Assembly: GCA_963666345.1 (NCBI GenBank)
Contig: OY762721.1
Span: 3,392,001 to 3,456,000 of the forward strand
Source: Desulfatiglandales bacterium
Lineage (GTDB): Bacteria > Desulfobacterota > DSM-4660 > Desulfatiglandales > Desulfatiglandaceae
Length of the DNA stretch: 64,000 nucleotides
Direction of reading: 5' to 3'
Below the pieces are notes generated by a model, which was given only the letters and a program-made list of their open reading frames with translations, searched no databases and was not told where the DNA came from. The position numbers were made by a program, and so were the translations under genes. Of this stretch, positions 27,804 through 38,897 are shown piece by piece (position 1 is the stretch's first letter; each line of letters opens with the position of its first letter).

Positions 27804-29618
27804 ATGGATGGATATGAAATTACACTTGAGGATTCCCGTGACGGGGAACTTCCTGATCAGAAAGAGCTTGAGAAGGAACTGGGTGATTATCTTTCAAAGA
27901 AGTATGGAAACAGGGTAAAGATAATGTCGCCACTCGTGTTTCCGAAAAATGATGAACTGTCAACGGAACAGTCAGGAGGGGAAGGCGGAGGAGTTCTGGC
28001 CGATTTCGACCTTCTGCCTGAAGAACTTGAAAGTTATCTCCAGAGTTTTGTGGTAAAGCAGGATGACGCAAAGGCTGTTTTGTCCACAAAGGTGTGTACC
28101 CATTTCAACAGGATTAAACATTTCAAAAAACTGAAATCAAGGAAGAACGGATCCGGTGTCGGAATGATCAAGAACAATGTGTTGATGATCGGACCGACCG
28201 GAGTGGGAAAGACATATATTATAAAACTTATCGCCGAAAAACTTGGTGTCCCGTTTGTAAAGGGAGATGCCACCAAATTCAGCGAAACCGGATATGTGGG
28301 AGGTGATGTCGAGGACCTTGTACGCGATCTTGTTTATGAGGCGGATGAAGACATCGAACTTGCGGAAAACGGTATAATCTATATCGATGAGATAGACAAA
28401 ATCTCGTCATCTCAGAATATCATAGGCCACGATGTGTCAAGGACCGGAGTTCAGAGGGCTCTGCTGAAACCCATGGAAGAGACGGACGTGGATCTCAAGG
28501 TAGCCCATGATCCGATCTCTCAGATACAGGCCATAGAGCAGTACCGAAGGACGGGGAAAAAGGAAAAAAAGGTCGTAAATACCAAAAATATCCTTTTTAT
28601 AATGAGTGGTGCCTTTGGTGAACTCACCAAGATAATAAGAAAGAGGCTTCAGAGTCAGGGTATAGGTTTTGAGGCGGATGTGAGACCAGCGGAGATCCCC
28701 TGGGAGATTCTCAAGGAGACAACCGCCCAGGATCTTGTAGAATTCGGGTTTGAATCGGAATTTGTCGGCAGGCTTCCGGTTATCGTGGTCTTTGATGAAT
28801 TGAAAAAGGAAGATCTGTTTGAAATCCTCAAAAATCCGAATAATCCTATTGTCATAAGCAAGCGTCTCGATTTCGGGGCCTACGGAATAGACATGGAATT
28901 TGAAGAAGAGGCCCTGAGCAGGATAGCCGACCTTGCAGCCATTGAAACGACCGGGGCCAGGGGGATAGTGAGCGCGGTTGAAAGGACACTGATACCTTTT
29001 GAAAAGAGGCTTCCATCGACAGATATGAATAAATTTCTGGTTACCCCTGAACTGGTTGATGATCCTCATTGCTACCTGGACTGGTTGATAAATAACCCTG
29101 ATAATGAGGATACGTGCCTAAGATTCGACAAGGCGAGGGAAAAACAACTCGCCCATATAAGGGAATATATCCTGGAAAGGGCGGAGGAGCTGGGCAGAAG
29201 ACTCGGTATGGAGATTTACGATAAGAGGGTGGACCTGATAGCCGTGCTCAGCATGAAAACGCCGTCGGCCATAACAAAGGCGATAGATGATTTCCGCCAG
29301 ATGTATAACGAGGTAAGGATTGAGGAGTCATCGCTGGTGGAAAGCCTTGAGGTGAATTTTTCCTTTGATGACAGCGCAATTGATGAGATAGTCGGAAAGG
29401 CCATCGAGACAGGTCAGCAGGCCGGGGAACTCGCCATGCAGGTGGTAAAAAGGCTCGAGTATGGGCTTAAGCTTGTGAAAGACAGATCCGGCATGGATGA
29501 GTTCACCATAAACGATGAGGCCGTGCGGGACATGGAAAATTTTATAAACAGGCTTATTAAGATTTACTACAGACAGGATTACGAACCGGTACGTGAATCA
29601 GAGGAAAAAGGAGACTGA
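27804..29618 (+). CDS. ClpX-like AAA+ ATPase without the N-terminal zinc finger, with C-terminal extension
   Basis: GPTGVGKT, DATKFSETGYVGGDVE, IYIDEIDK, GIGF loop, TGARG. Confidence 0.85.
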   Translation: MDGYEITLEDSRDGELPDQKELEKELGDYLSKKYGNRVKIMSPLVFPKNDELSTEQSGGEGGGVLADFDLLPEELESYLQSFVVKQDDAKAVLSTKVCTHFNRIKHFKKLKSRKNGSGVGMIKNNVLMIGPTGVGKTYIIKLIAEKLGVPFVKGDATKFSETGYVGGDVEDLVRDLVYEADEDIELAENGIIYIDEIDKISSSQNIIGHDVSRTGVQRALLKPMEETDVDLKVAHDPISQIQAIEQYRRTGKKEKKVVNTKNILFIMSGAFGELTKIIRKRLQSQGIGFEADVRPAEIPWEILKETTAQDLVEFGFESEFVGRLPVIVVFDELKKEDLFEILKNPNNPIVISKRLDFGAYGIDMEFEEEALSRIADLAAIETTGARGIVSAVERTLIPFEKRLPSTDMNKFLVTPELVDDPHCYLDWLINNPDNEDTCLRFDKAREKQLAHIREYILERAEELGRRLGMEIYDKRVDLIAVLSMKTPSAITKAIDDFRQMYNEVRIEESSLVESLEVNFSFDDSAIDEIVGKAIETGQQAGELAMQVVKRLEYGLKLVKDRSGMDEFTINDEAVRDMENFINRLIKIYYRQDYEPVRESEEKGD

Positions 29619-29629
29619 TTGGGAGACAT

Positions 29630-30808
29630 ATGATTGGAATATCGAAACTTTACTGCGGAACGGTGGAACCCTCGGATGCATTAAGATATGGAAGGCGCTC
29701 AAAGGACCTTCCCTCACATCTTCTCCAGTTTTCTCTTGATAAGAAGCCGGTGGTGGTGTGGAATATTACAAGGGCATGCAATCTAAACTGTGTTCACTGC
29801 TATGCCAGGGCGGGTGAAAAAGTACGGGAAAAGGAACTTTCCTACGGACAGGGTGTTTGTCTGATAGACGATCTCGCCGATTTCGGGGTGCCTGTTATCC
29901 TTTTTTCAGGCGGTGAACCGCTCATGCACCCTGATCTCATCAGATTCGCCAGTTATGCCGTCAAAAAGGGGATCAGGGCGGTCATCTCAACAAACGGCAC
30001 TCTCATAGACAAAGACAAGGCAAAAGGGCTCAAGGAGATCGGTCTGTCGTACGTAGGGGTCAGCCTTGACGGGATGGAGCCTATACATGATCGATTCCGG
30101 GGTAAAAAGGGCGCCTTCAAAGAGGCTATTCAGGGTTTGAAAAACTGTCAGGAGGCAGGACTCAAGGTAGGTCTGCGTTTTACCATCAACAAGATGAATG
30201 CGGGGGAACTACCGGCCATCTTCGATCTGCTCGAGGAATATGATATCCCCAGGGCCTGTTTCTATCACCTCGTCTATTCAGGCAGAGGTTCAAACCTTGT
30301 TCATGACGATCTGAATCACGATGAAACCAGGGATGTCGTAGACCTCATAATGAAAAGGACCAGGCAGATGCATCAGAAGGGGCTTGAAAAGGAGATCCTG
30401 ACTGTTGATAATCATGCAGATGGTCCATACCTCTATCTCAAGATGGTGGAAGAGAATGATCCGAGGGCCGGTGAGGTACTGGAACTTCTTGAAATGAACC
30501 AGGGAAACAGCTCGGGAAGGGGAATAGGTTGCGTCAGCTGGGACGGATCGGTCTATGCGGATCAGTTCTGGAGGCATCATAGCTTCGGAAATGTTCTGGA
30601 AAGGCCCTTTAGTGAAATCTGGTCCGATCTTTCAGATCCGCTTATGGCAAGACTGAAGGAAAAAAAGAGATATGTAAAGGGCCGCTGCGCCGGATGTCGG
30701 TGGCTGTCCGTTTGCGCTGGGAATTTCCGCGTCAGGGCGGAGGCCGTTACAGGAGATATATGGGCCCCGGATCCTGCCTGCTATCTGACGGATGAAGAGA
30801 TCTCCTGA
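29630..30808 (+). CDS. ahbC: Radical SAM 12,18-didecarboxysiroheme deacetylase (Fe-coproporphyrin synthase)
   Basis: [11 protein letters not shown]-terminus, [25 protein letters not shown]-type C-terminus; next to hemB and ahbD. Confidence 0.85.
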   Translation: MIGISKLYCGTVEPSDALRYGRRSKDLPSHLLQFSLDKKPVVVWNITRACNLNCVHCYARAGEKVREKELSYGQGVCLIDDLADFGVPVILFSGGEPLMHPDLIRFASYAVKKGIRAVISTNGTLIDKDKAKGLKEIGLSYVGVSLDGMEPIHDRFRGKKGAFKEAIQGLKNCQEAGLKVGLRFTINKMNAGELPAIFDLLEEYDIPRACFYHLVYSGRGSNLVHDDLNHDETRDVVDLIMKRTRQMHQKGLEKEILTVDNHADGPYLYLKMVEENDPRAGEVLELLEMNQGNSSGRGIGCVSWDGSVYADQFWRHHSFGNVLERPFSEIWSDLSDPLMARLKEKKRYVKGRCAGCRWLSVCAGNFRVRAEAVTGDIWAPDPACYLTDEEIS

Positions 30809-30849
30809 CGGAAAACCGAATCCTCACAAAGGAAAGGACAAATCGTAAT

Positions 30850-31818
30850 ATGATCATAAGACCCAGAAGACTGAGAAAAACCCCCGCAATAAGGGACATG
30901 GTGCGAGAGACCTCCCTTTCCGTAAAAGATTTCATTGCGCCTCTTTTTGTAAAACCGGGAAAAGGCAAGGCGGACCCCATAGCCTCAATGCCGGGGCAGT
31001 ACCAGTATTCCGTGGATACCCTTACGGAAAAGACAAAGGTGTTGAATGGGCTTGGGATCCCGTCCGTTATCCTTTTCGGAATTCCGGACAGCAAGGATGA
31101 TTCCGGCAGCAGGTCCTGGGCGGAGGACGGCATAGTCCAGCAGGCGGTATCATCGATAAAGAATGCCGTTCCTGATATCGTGGTTATCACGGATGTGTGC
31201 CTGTGTGAGTATACCGATCATGGCCACTGCGGGGTTATAAGGGACGGCGAAGTGGACAATGACGCAACCCTTGAGCTGCTGGCAAGGCAGGCGGTATCCC
31301 ACGCGGCGGCAGGCGCCGACTTCGTGGCCCCGTCCGACATGATGGATGGGCGGGTGGCGGCGATAAGAGACGCTCTTGAGGCGGAGAATTTCAAGAATAC
31401 CGGGATACTTTCCTATGCGGTCAAGTACGCCTCCGCGTTTTACGGGCCTTTCCGTGACGCGGCCGATTCCACGCCCCGGTTCGGTGACAGGTCGGGGTAT
31501 CAGATGGACCCTGCAAATTCGCAGGAGGCAATCAAAGAGGCCCTGCTGGATATCGAGGAAGGTGCCGACATGATCATGGTAAAACCCGCCATGCCCTATC
31601 TGGATGTAATAAGAAATGTGCGCGAGATCAGCCTTCTGCCTCTGGCAGCCTACAACGTGAGCGGGGAATATGCCATGCTAAAGGCCGCCGATAGCAAGGG
31701 GTGGCTGGACGGCAAAAGGGCCATGATGGAAATGCTGACATCCATAAAGAGGGCCGGTGCCGACCTTATTATCTCATATTTTTCAGAAGAAGCAGCCCGC
31801 AGCCTTAAGGGGCTTTAG
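30850..31818 (+). CDS. hemB: Porphobilinogen synthase
   Basis: [45 protein letters not shown]. Confidence 0.97.
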   Translation: MIIRPRRLRKTPAIRDMVRETSLSVKDFIAPLFVKPGKGKADPIASMPGQYQYSVDTLTEKTKVLNGLGIPSVILFGIPDSKDDSGSRSWAEDGIVQQAVSSIKNAVPDIVVITDVCLCEYTDHGHCGVIRDGEVDNDATLELLARQAVSHAAAGADFVAPSDMMDGRVAAIRDALEAENFKNTGILSYAVKYASAFYGPFRDAADSTPRFGDRSGYQMDPANSQEAIKEALLDIEEGADMIMVKPAMPYLDVIRNVREISLLPLAAYNVSGEYAMLKAADSKGWLDGKRAMMEMLTSIKRAGADLIISYFSEEAARSLKGL

Positions 31819-31904
31819 CCTCAGGCTTCCTTCCTAAGGAAACAGCCTATAAAAGAGGAGTGCTATGATGAAATTACCCGAGTTGCCCATGGGAGGGCGT
31901 TGTT

Positions 31905-33017
31905 TTGCGAAGTTCAGTTGAAAAGAAAGTGCGACCCGGCAGTCAGTTAAGGCTTGTGGCATGGGAGGTGACTCGTAAGTGCAATCTGAACTGCGTTCAC
32001 TGCAGGGCCGCATCCCGGAAAGGCCCCTATCCCGGAGAGCTTGATACTGAGAAATGCCTGCAGATATTGGATGAGATAAGTCTTGTGGGCAAACCGATCG
32101 TGATCCTCACCGGAGGGGAACCTCTGTTAAAGGAGGATATATTCGAACTGGCAAGATATGGAACCGAAAAGGGCCTCAGGATGGTAATGGCAACCAACGG
32201 GACCCTGTTGACCAGGCAGATGGTCCTTAAGATGAAAGATTCGGGCATAAAGAGGGTCAGCATATCTCTTGACGGAGACACTCCGGCGCAGCATGACGAT
32301 TTCAGAAAGGTCCCGGGTGCCTTTGAAAGATCCCTGAACGGGATCGAACTGATGAAACAGGAGGGTATGGAGTTTCAGATCAACACCACGGTTACCAGAC
32401 ACAATGTCTCAAACGTAGGAGATATCCTTGCACTGGCAACAGGCCTCGGCGCGGTTGCCCATCACCTTTTTCTTCTTGTCCCTACAGGTCGGGCAAAGGA
32501 GATGGTCAATCAGGAAATAGATTCCGAGGAATATGAGAAACTCCTTTTGTGGTTCTACAGGATGAGAGACAAGGTGCCGCTTCATCTCAAGGCCACGTGC
32601 GCACCGCACTTTTACAGGATATTGAGGCAGGAGGCGCGAAAAGAGGAAAAAGAGGTGGATTTCGATACCTACGGGCTTGATGCCGTTACCCGAGGCTGCC
32701 TCGGAGGAACGGCCTTCTGCTTTATTTCCCATGACGGTATAGTGCAGCCTTGCGGATATCTTGAGCTTGATTGCGGGGACCTCAAGAAGACCTCTTTCGA
32801 AGACATATGGAAGAATTCGGGCATATTCAAGGAATTACGGGATTTTTCATTGTACAGGGGCAAATGCGGCCGGTGCAAATACATAAGGTTTTGCGGCGGT
32901 TGCAGGGCCAGGGCGTATGCCGCGACAGGCGATTACCTGGCCGAGGAACCGCTTTGTGCCTACCAGCCGGAGGCGGGAAAAAGGGGGGATGACCTTAAGC
33001 CCTCGATTTTCCTGTGA
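31905..33017 (+). CDS. ahbD: Radical SAM heme b synthase
   Basis: [46 protein letters not shown]. Confidence 0.85.
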   Translation: MRSSVEKKVRPGSQLRLVAWEVTRKCNLNCVHCRAASRKGPYPGELDTEKCLQILDEISLVGKPIVILTGGEPLLKEDIFELARYGTEKGLRMVMATNGTLLTRQMVLKMKDSGIKRVSISLDGDTPAQHDDFRKVPGAFERSLNGIELMKQEGMEFQINTTVTRHNVSNVGDILALATGLGAVAHHLFLLVPTGRAKEMVNQEIDSEEYEKLLLWFYRMRDKVPLHLKATCAPHFYRILRQEARKEEKEVDFDTYGLDAVTRGCLGGTAFCFISHDGIVQPCGYLELDCGDLKKTSFEDIWKNSGIFKELRDFSLYRGKCGRCKYIRFCGGCRARAYAATGDYLAEEPLCAYQPEAGKRGDDLKPSIFL

Positions 33018-33057
33018 CATGGAAGATCTCAAACCGCAAGATCGGGGCTCAACCAGG

Positions 33058-33504
33058 ATGGACGATACTGACAGAGGCATACTAAATGAGATACAGTCGG
33101 ATTTTCCTATTACATCGCGTCCCTTCAGGGATCTTGGCAGCAGACTCGGTATTGAAGAGGATGAGGTCCTTGAAAGGGTCGGCAGGCTCAGGGAAAAAGG
33201 CGTCATAAGGAGAATAGGCGGGAACTTTCATTCGGGAAGGCTTGATTTTTCGAGCACTCTCTGTGCCGCCAGGGTGCCTCAGGATAAAATCGAAGATTTT
33301 GTTGAGACAGTTAACTCCTATCCGGGAGTCACACACAATTACCTCAGGAACAACCGATACAATATCTGGTTTACCTTTATCGCCAAAGACATGAAAACGA
33401 TAGAAGACTCCCTTCAGGAGATTTCAAGAAAAACGGGTATAGAGGAAATTTACAGCATGCCGGCTGTAAAGACCTTCAAGATAAAGGTCGACTTTGATGT
33501 TTGA
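33058..33504 (+). CDS. ahbA: Siroheme decarboxylase subunit (Lrp/AsnC-like, AhbA/NirD type)
   Basis: IQSDFPITSRPF, GVIRRIG, STLCAA, VTHNYLR, YNIWFT. Confidence 0.85.
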   Translation: MDDTDRGILNEIQSDFPITSRPFRDLGSRLGIEEDEVLERVGRLREKGVIRRIGGNFHSGRLDFSSTLCAARVPQDKIEDFVETVNSYPGVTHNYLRNNRYNIWFTFIAKDMKTIEDSLQEISRKTGIEEIYSMPAVKTFKIKVDFDV

Positions 33505-33509
33505 TAGTA

Positions 33510-33797
33510 TCAGTCATCATACCGGGAAAGTATTTCATTGGCCTCTGATTCACTCATAAACCCTTCTTCCACAAGGATTTCGGCGATTCCATTCCTTCTC
33601 AGGCTGTCAATCTCAAGGATCTTCTCATTGCTCTTGGCATGGGTGCTGAATATGGTCTGCTCCAGCGTGAATTCCGATTTCTTTAATAGCCTCAATTTCC
33701 AGCCGTCCAGAATGATGTAATGGTAGCCCATGAGAAAGTAGAGGAGGGCTGCGAGACCGCCCCAGAAAATTAGTTTTTTCAGAAATCTTGCAAGCAT
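33510..33797 (-). CDS. Small membrane-anchored hypothetical protein
   Basis: 95 aa with one N-terminal TM helix. Confidence 0.6.
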   Translation of the reverse strand: MLARFLKKLIFWGGLAALLYFLMGYHYIILDGWKLRLLKKSEFTLEQTIFSTHAKSNEKILEIDSLRRNGIAEILVEEGFMSESEANEILSRYDD

Positions 33798-33947
33798 TTC
33801 AATCCCCTGGTTTTTCTAGAGTGCATGCTGATGCCGCATGCTTCAGATATGCTACTTTAGTAATTTTCCTCAATCTTAGCAAGACAGATCTTGCGCTGCG
33901 GCGCCGGTACTCCTTTCTCCGGCCGCTGTTACTTTCCGTGGTATTTT

Positions 33948-34049
33948 TTATGAGATAAGGCCGGAAAAAAGAGCCCCGGCGCCTGCGCTTGTGCGTAAGG
34001 CAGGCAGAGGTATGGGAAAAAGGGAGGGGGTCTTTTCCCTTTCCCGCAT
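33948..34049 (-). CDS. Conserved 33-aa small ORF MREREKTPSLFPIPLPALRTSAGAGALFSGLIS (copy 2 of repeated unit)
   Basis: Paralog of 4871-4957 with the same upstream GGTTATAA...AAAGGCGTGAAATG. Confidence 0.45.
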   Translation of the reverse strand: MREREKTPSLFPIPLPALRTSAGAGALFSGLIS

Positions 34050-34264
34050 TTCACGCCTTTCTCGCCCACTTATAACCAGTAACGAATAAGGCCGCCGTTG
34101 GTTTGTTTTTACGTATTTTTCGTCCATTTATCGACCACTATGGAACTGCAAATTAATCGGGTAGTGCGGTCTTTTTTATTGCAAAGGCGGTGCATGTTCT
34201 GTATGGGATAAGGGTGAAATTTACCGAATGACTCCATATAATATGAAACCGAAAGGGATGAGGT

Positions 34265-35152
34265 ATGAAAGGAATAATTCTCGCGGGCGGGTCCGGTACC
34301 AGGCTCTATCCCATTACACGTGTGGTGTGCAAACAACTTCTGCCCGTATATGACAAGCCGATGATATATTACCCCCTGTCCGTGCTTATGCTTGCAGGCA
34401 TTCGCGATATACTTGTGATCTCGACTCCCACCGATCTGCCCCTGTTCAAGGAACTTCTGATGGACGGATCTCAGTGGGGGCTGAACCTGTCATATATCGA
34501 ACAGCCAAGGCCAGAGGGTCTGGCCCAGGCGTTTATCCTGGGACGCGATTTTATCGGTAAGGACAATGTATGTATGATCCTTGGGGACAATATCTTTTAC
34601 GGGCATGGAATGCCTGATAAACTGAAGAAGGCGGTAGACAAAAAAGACGGGGCAACCGTTTTCGGATACTGGGTCAAGGATCCGGAACGTTACGGAGTGG
34701 TAAGCTTCGGTGACAAGGGCCGTGCAAAGGAGATAGAGGAAAAGCCTTCCCGGCCAAAGTCGAACTACGCAGTCACCGGGCTCTACTTTTATGATAACAG
34801 GGTAGTGGAGATCGCTTCAGGCCTTAAACCTTCAAAACGGGGTGAGCTTGAGATCACGGATGTGAATCGGGCATATTTGGAGTCCGGGTCTCTGTTCGTG
34901 GAAACCCTGGGAAGGGGAATCGCCTGGCTTGATACAGGCACGCATGCCAGCCTGCTGCAGGCGTCCAATTTTATCCAGGTTCTTGAGGAAAGACAGGGTC
35001 TGAAGGTATCATGCGTTGAGGAGATAGCATACAGAATGGGCTATATAGACGCAGGGCAACTGGAAGCCCTTGCAAAGCCGCTTTCAAAGAACCGCTACGG
35101 TCAGTATATCATGGAACTGGTAAGACATTATGAAACATCGGGCTCGGCATAA
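34265..35152 (+). CDS. rfbA: Glucose-1-phosphate thymidylyltransferase
   Basis: [35 protein letters not shown]. Confidence 0.97.
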   Translation: MKGIILAGGSGTRLYPITRVVCKQLLPVYDKPMIYYPLSVLMLAGIRDILVISTPTDLPLFKELLMDGSQWGLNLSYIEQPRPEGLAQAFILGRDFIGKDNVCMILGDNIFYGHGMPDKLKKAVDKKDGATVFGYWVKDPERYGVVSFGDKGRAKEIEEKPSRPKSNYAVTGLYFYDNRVVEIASGLKPSKRGELEITDVNRAYLESGSLFVETLGRGIAWLDTGTHASLLQASNFIQVLEERQGLKVSCVEEIAYRMGYIDAGQLEALAKPLSKNRYGQYIMELVRHYETSGSA

Positions 35153-35272
35153 TCGATTAGGTGATTTAAGGATGCCCGGGTCCATTTTCCTGAAGTAGAC
35201 CGGCAGAGGTTTTAAAGGCAGGAAGAGGCCGGTACATGGGCCATGCATCCGGACCATGAAAGGATATCCGTT

Positions 35273-35833
35273 TTGAAAGTAACTGCTACTTCATTACCCG
35301 AAGTGCTTGTCATAGAACCTGATGTGTTCCGGGACAAAAGGGGATATTTTGAGGAAACATACCATGTGCGGAGGTACAGGGAGTTTGGAATGGGAGCCTC
35401 TTTTGTGCAGGATAATGTGTCTTTTTCGTCTAAAGGCACCCTGCGGGGGCTTCATTTCCAGTATCCTTTTCCGCAGGCAAAGCTTGTCCAGGTCCTCAGG
35501 GGTGAGGTCTTTGATGTGGCTGTCGACATCAGGCGCGGATCTCCTACCTTCGGGCGATGGACCGGGATCCGACTGACAGAGATTAATATGAAGCAGTTAT
35601 ATATCCCGGAGGGCTTTGCCCATGGTTTCTGCGTTATGAGCGATCATGCCCTTTTTATCTACAAGTGCAGTAACTTCTACAACCGTGAAACCGAGCGGGG
35701 CATCCTCTGGAATGACCCGGACCTGGATATAGACTGGCCCGTTAAGGAGCCTGTCATCTCTGAAAAGGACGGTGAAAATCCCCTTCTTAAAGACCTGCCG
35801 GATGAATTCATGCCCTTATCAGACGAGGAATAA
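35273..35833 (+). CDS. rfbC: dTDP-4-dehydrorhamnose 3,5-epimerase
   Basis: DKRGYFEETY, LRGLHFQ, VAVDIRRGSPTFG, PEGFAHGF; probable TTG start. Confidence 0.95.
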   Translation: MKVTATSLPEVLVIEPDVFRDKRGYFEETYHVRRYREFGMGASFVQDNVSFSSKGTLRGLHFQYPFPQAKLVQVLRGEVFDVAVDIRRGSPTFGRWTGIRLTEINMKQLYIPEGFAHGFCVMSDHALFIYKCSNFYNRETERGILWNDPDLDIDWPVKEPVISEKDGENPLLKDLPDEFMPLSDEE

Positions 35834-36127
35834 GAAACGCGCTAGAGATTCAGCAACCGAATGCCGGTTTCTTCACTCCGCTATCCGGTTCCTTTACTTC
35901 AGGTTTTCCACAAGGGACTTTTTATTCAACTATGGAAAATCCGGTTCCGCCTGAATGACCCGGCATAGGGGACGTCAGTTCCTTAATCAACGGGTCAGTG
36001 GAGGGTGGATGAAATCAGTCGAGGGCCTCCAAGGTTTTGAGGGGGGGGGCCAAGAAAATCATTGATCTAAAGAGCCCACCTCTGGCAGAGTGGGGCGTGA
36101 TTTTAAAAATATGGAGAGGTATATGTC

Positions 36128-36778
36128 ATGCTGCTCAAAGATAAAATTGAAAAACTGAATAAGTCATTTTTTAAGGACTTTCCCGAAGACGATCTCAAGG
36201 TCTTGAAAGATGGCATCGATGAACTTGTCAGATCCGATATAAGCCAGCGCGCGATCGATGTGGGAGAAAAAATACCCGCCTTTACCCTTCCAAACAGCAA
36301 TGGAGAGGAACGCGACATAAAATCCCTGCTGCAGAAAGGACCGCTTATTATCTCATTTTACCGGGGCCAGTGGTGTCCATACTGTAATCTGGAGCTGAGG
36401 GCCTATGATGAGGTCGTGGAAAATATAGCGGATCTCGGCGCATCCCTTGTGGCTGTTTCACCTCAGACGATCAAATATTCGGAATCCACGCGCCGCATGA
36501 ACGACCTGGAATATGAGCTTTTGAGCGATGCCGGCAATAGAATCGCCGGTTCTTTCGGCCTGGCATTCAGGGTCTCCCGGGACATGCAGAGGGTCTATTC
36601 AGATCACGGTATGCTGCTTCCCAAATACAACGGGGATGAATCATGGCAACTGCCGGTGCCGGGCACCTTTGTGATAGATTCAGACGGCATTGTTATCGGC
36701 CGTTTCATGGATGAAGACTATTCCAGACGTGCGGAACCTTCCGAGGTAGTGGATGTGTTAAGGTCACTGAGGCAATAA
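36128..36778 (+). CDS. Peroxiredoxin-like AhpC/TSA family protein
   Basis: FYRGQWCPYCNLEL, LPVPGTFVID. Confidence 0.88.
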   Translation: MLLKDKIEKLNKSFFKDFPEDDLKVLKDGIDELVRSDISQRAIDVGEKIPAFTLPNSNGEERDIKSLLQKGPLIISFYRGQWCPYCNLELRAYDEVVENIADLGASLVAVSPQTIKYSESTRRMNDLEYELLSDAGNRIAGSFGLAFRVSRDMQRVYSDHGMLLPKYNGDESWQLPVPGTFVIDSDGIVIGRFMDEDYSRRAEPSEVVDVLRSLRQ

Positions 36779-36888
36779 TCGGGCGGAGGCGGATCCTTGT
36801 GAGGGTGCTGCTAAGGGGGGCCTTTGGATTAGCTGAATAACGGGTTTAATAGACGCAGTTCTGAACTGGGAGAGAAGGGCTGTGAGGG

Positions 36889-37140
36889 ATGGGGAAAATG
36901 CATACCCGAAAAAATCCGGACATAGACCCTGATATGACTGTTTTTGATATCATCGACAACTGGCGGGAAACCGAATCGGTTTTCAAAGGCTATGATGAGA
37001 TTGCGGGAGAGTGCGTGTGCTGCAATGCACTATTTGATACTGTCAGGCAGATGGTCATGCGGTATGAACTTGATCTGGACAAAGTTGTTTCCGAATTAAA
37101 GGGTGCGGCCTTTAAAACTACTGGCCGACCCGGTGACTGA
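36889..37140 (+). CDS. Small Cys-containing protein (DUF1858/ScdA-N-like)
   Basis: IDPDMTVFDII...ETESVF...GECVCCNALFDTV. Confidence 0.55.
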   Translation: MGKMHTRKNPDIDPDMTVFDIIDNWRETESVFKGYDEIAGECVCCNALFDTVRQMVMRYELDLDKVVSELKGAAFKTTGRPGD

Positions 37141-37439
37141 TTCACCGGGTCGTAAGGACACCTTTAAAAAAACCAACAAAATTCAGTATACCAGCCTAAA
37201 CTCAATTCATGGCTTCCCGAGGCGGTCGCAATTTTACCTAGGTTGAGGCATCCTCCGGTTCAGTAAGAAATTGAGCATGGAGAAAGTTTTGTGGGATGCT
37301 CTAGGAATGATTAGGAGTGGCCAACATCTGAGAAAAAACTTTTGAGAAGGTAATTTCTATCGGATAAGAAAATGTATCCTGCGCCAAATCGTAGTTTATT
37401 TTAGATGATCGATATCGGGCACCTTGAAAATATGCCCTG

Positions 37440-37601
37440 CTATTCTCCTCTGATCCATTTGTCAATGGCTTCTTTGTCGAAACGCCATCTGCTTCCTATC
37501 CTGACTGCCGGAATTTTTCCCTCTGCAGCATACTTTAGAATGCTGATCTCATGCAGCCTCAGATATTTGGCTACTTCTTTTGTTGTCATTATCTGTGCCA
37601 T
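37440..37601 (-). CDS. Excisionase-family (HTH_17) DNA-binding protein
   Basis: MTTKEVAKYLRLHE...GKIPAVRIGSRWRFDKEAIDKW; AAGGAG RBS. Confidence 0.82.
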   Translation of the reverse strand: MAQIMTTKEVAKYLRLHEISILKYAAEGKIPAVRIGSRWRFDKEAIDKWIRGE

Positions 37602-38103
37602 GATGAACTCCTTTCCAATCATATTTTGTAACGGTTTCCCCTACTTCACAACAAATAAAGGAAACTAAATTCCTTAAAAAATAATACCGAATATATGAAA
37701 ATTCAACCATTGAACTGAGAAAAAACAAATAATTTGAGTAAATATTTGCTTTTTAAACCTTATTTATTGGGCTGATTTACATTTATCGCTGAATATTTAC
37801 TTTAATATGTTTTCGGGTGAAAAGATATAGATTCCTAATAAACCGGATCGGCAGAAAGGATTCGAGGGGCATTCAGGATAATACAGAGGCAAGGTTATCG
37901 GGCCTTTGCCCTTTTCATCTTGACTTAATGGCGTCTCCAATTTATTTTGACCTGCAGTCGGTTTTTTTCGAATGCTTTCAAAACGTAAGACAGTTTGAAA
38001 GGATTTGGAGGGGATATGTCGTTTCGCCTAATCAGGGTTGATTTCGCTTATCTTCTTTTTTAACAGAAACAGAAATATTCAATGAAGGAGCAGATAAGGG
38101 ACC

Positions 38104-38382
38104 ATGACGCTTACGAAAGCAAGTGTAGTCGATCATATTGCAAATAATGGATATTCAGGAAAAGAAGCCTCTGATATGGTAGAGACGCTTTTGGAGATTA
38201 TCAAAGGCACGCTTGAAAAAGGCGATGACCTTCTCATTTCAGGCTTCGGGAAGTTTTCCGTAAAGGACAAGAGGAAACGAAAGGGCAGAAATCCTGCAAG
38301 CGGCGAGGAAATGATGCTCAGCCCCCGCAGGGTTGTTACATTTAAATGCTCGAACTTACTGAGGGAAAAGATAAATAAGTGA
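38104..38382 (+). CDS. ihfA: Integration host factor alpha subunit
   Basis: MTLTKA, ISGFGKF, RKGRNP, RRVVTFKCS. Confidence 0.85.
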   Translation: MTLTKASVVDHIANNGYSGKEASDMVETLLEIIKGTLEKGDDLLISGFGKFSVKDKRKRKGRNPASGEEMMLSPRRVVTFKCSNLLREKINK

Positions 38383-38463
38383 AAAAACACCGTTGATTTT
38401 TGCTGTTTCAGTTTCATGCCTTTTGCCTTGGAACAGGTTTTCCCGGGCATCGGAAAAAAAGTT

Positions 38464-38790
38464 ATGGACGTGTCCAGGGCCTTTGATATCCTTGAAGTAA
38501 AAAAAGATGCCACCCTTGAGGAGGTGCAGCAGGCCTACAAAGATCTGGTGAACGTCTGGCACCCTGATCGGTTTTCCCATAACCAGAGACTCAAGAAAAA
38601 GGCTGAGGAAAAACTAAAGGAGACCAACATCGCCTATGAAAGACTGCTGGAGTTTCTGGGCACCGGGAACAGGTCGGCAGGTGTCTCAAAAGGGGCAAGG
38701 ACTGAAGCCGCCTTTGAGGTCGGCACGGAGATCGTCCTTACTGTTTTTTCTCAGGTCTGTAAGGCCGTCAGAAAGGTCGTGAATGGTTAA
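38464..38790 (+). CDS. J-domain protein
   Basis: AYKDLVNVWHPDRF...AEEKLKETNIAY. Confidence 0.85.
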   Translation: MDVSRAFDILEVKKDATLEEVQQAYKDLVNVWHPDRFSHNQRLKKKAEEKLKETNIAYERLLEFLGTGNRSAGVSKGARTEAAFEVGTEIVLTVFSQVCKAVRKVVNG

Positions 38791-38897
38791 CCTTCCGGCA
38801 GGGGATCCGGGTGTGGCCTCTGAATATATCGGCAGGTTTATGCCCCGGCCGGTTTTTGTAATTGCTATCCATTGATAACTTTTCCCCGCGTCACTGA

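Noticed and set aside
37440..38382. HTH_17 plus ihfA as a second mobile element
   Set aside because: No integrase, att repeat or other mobile genes nearby; both occur as stand-alone chromosomal genes.
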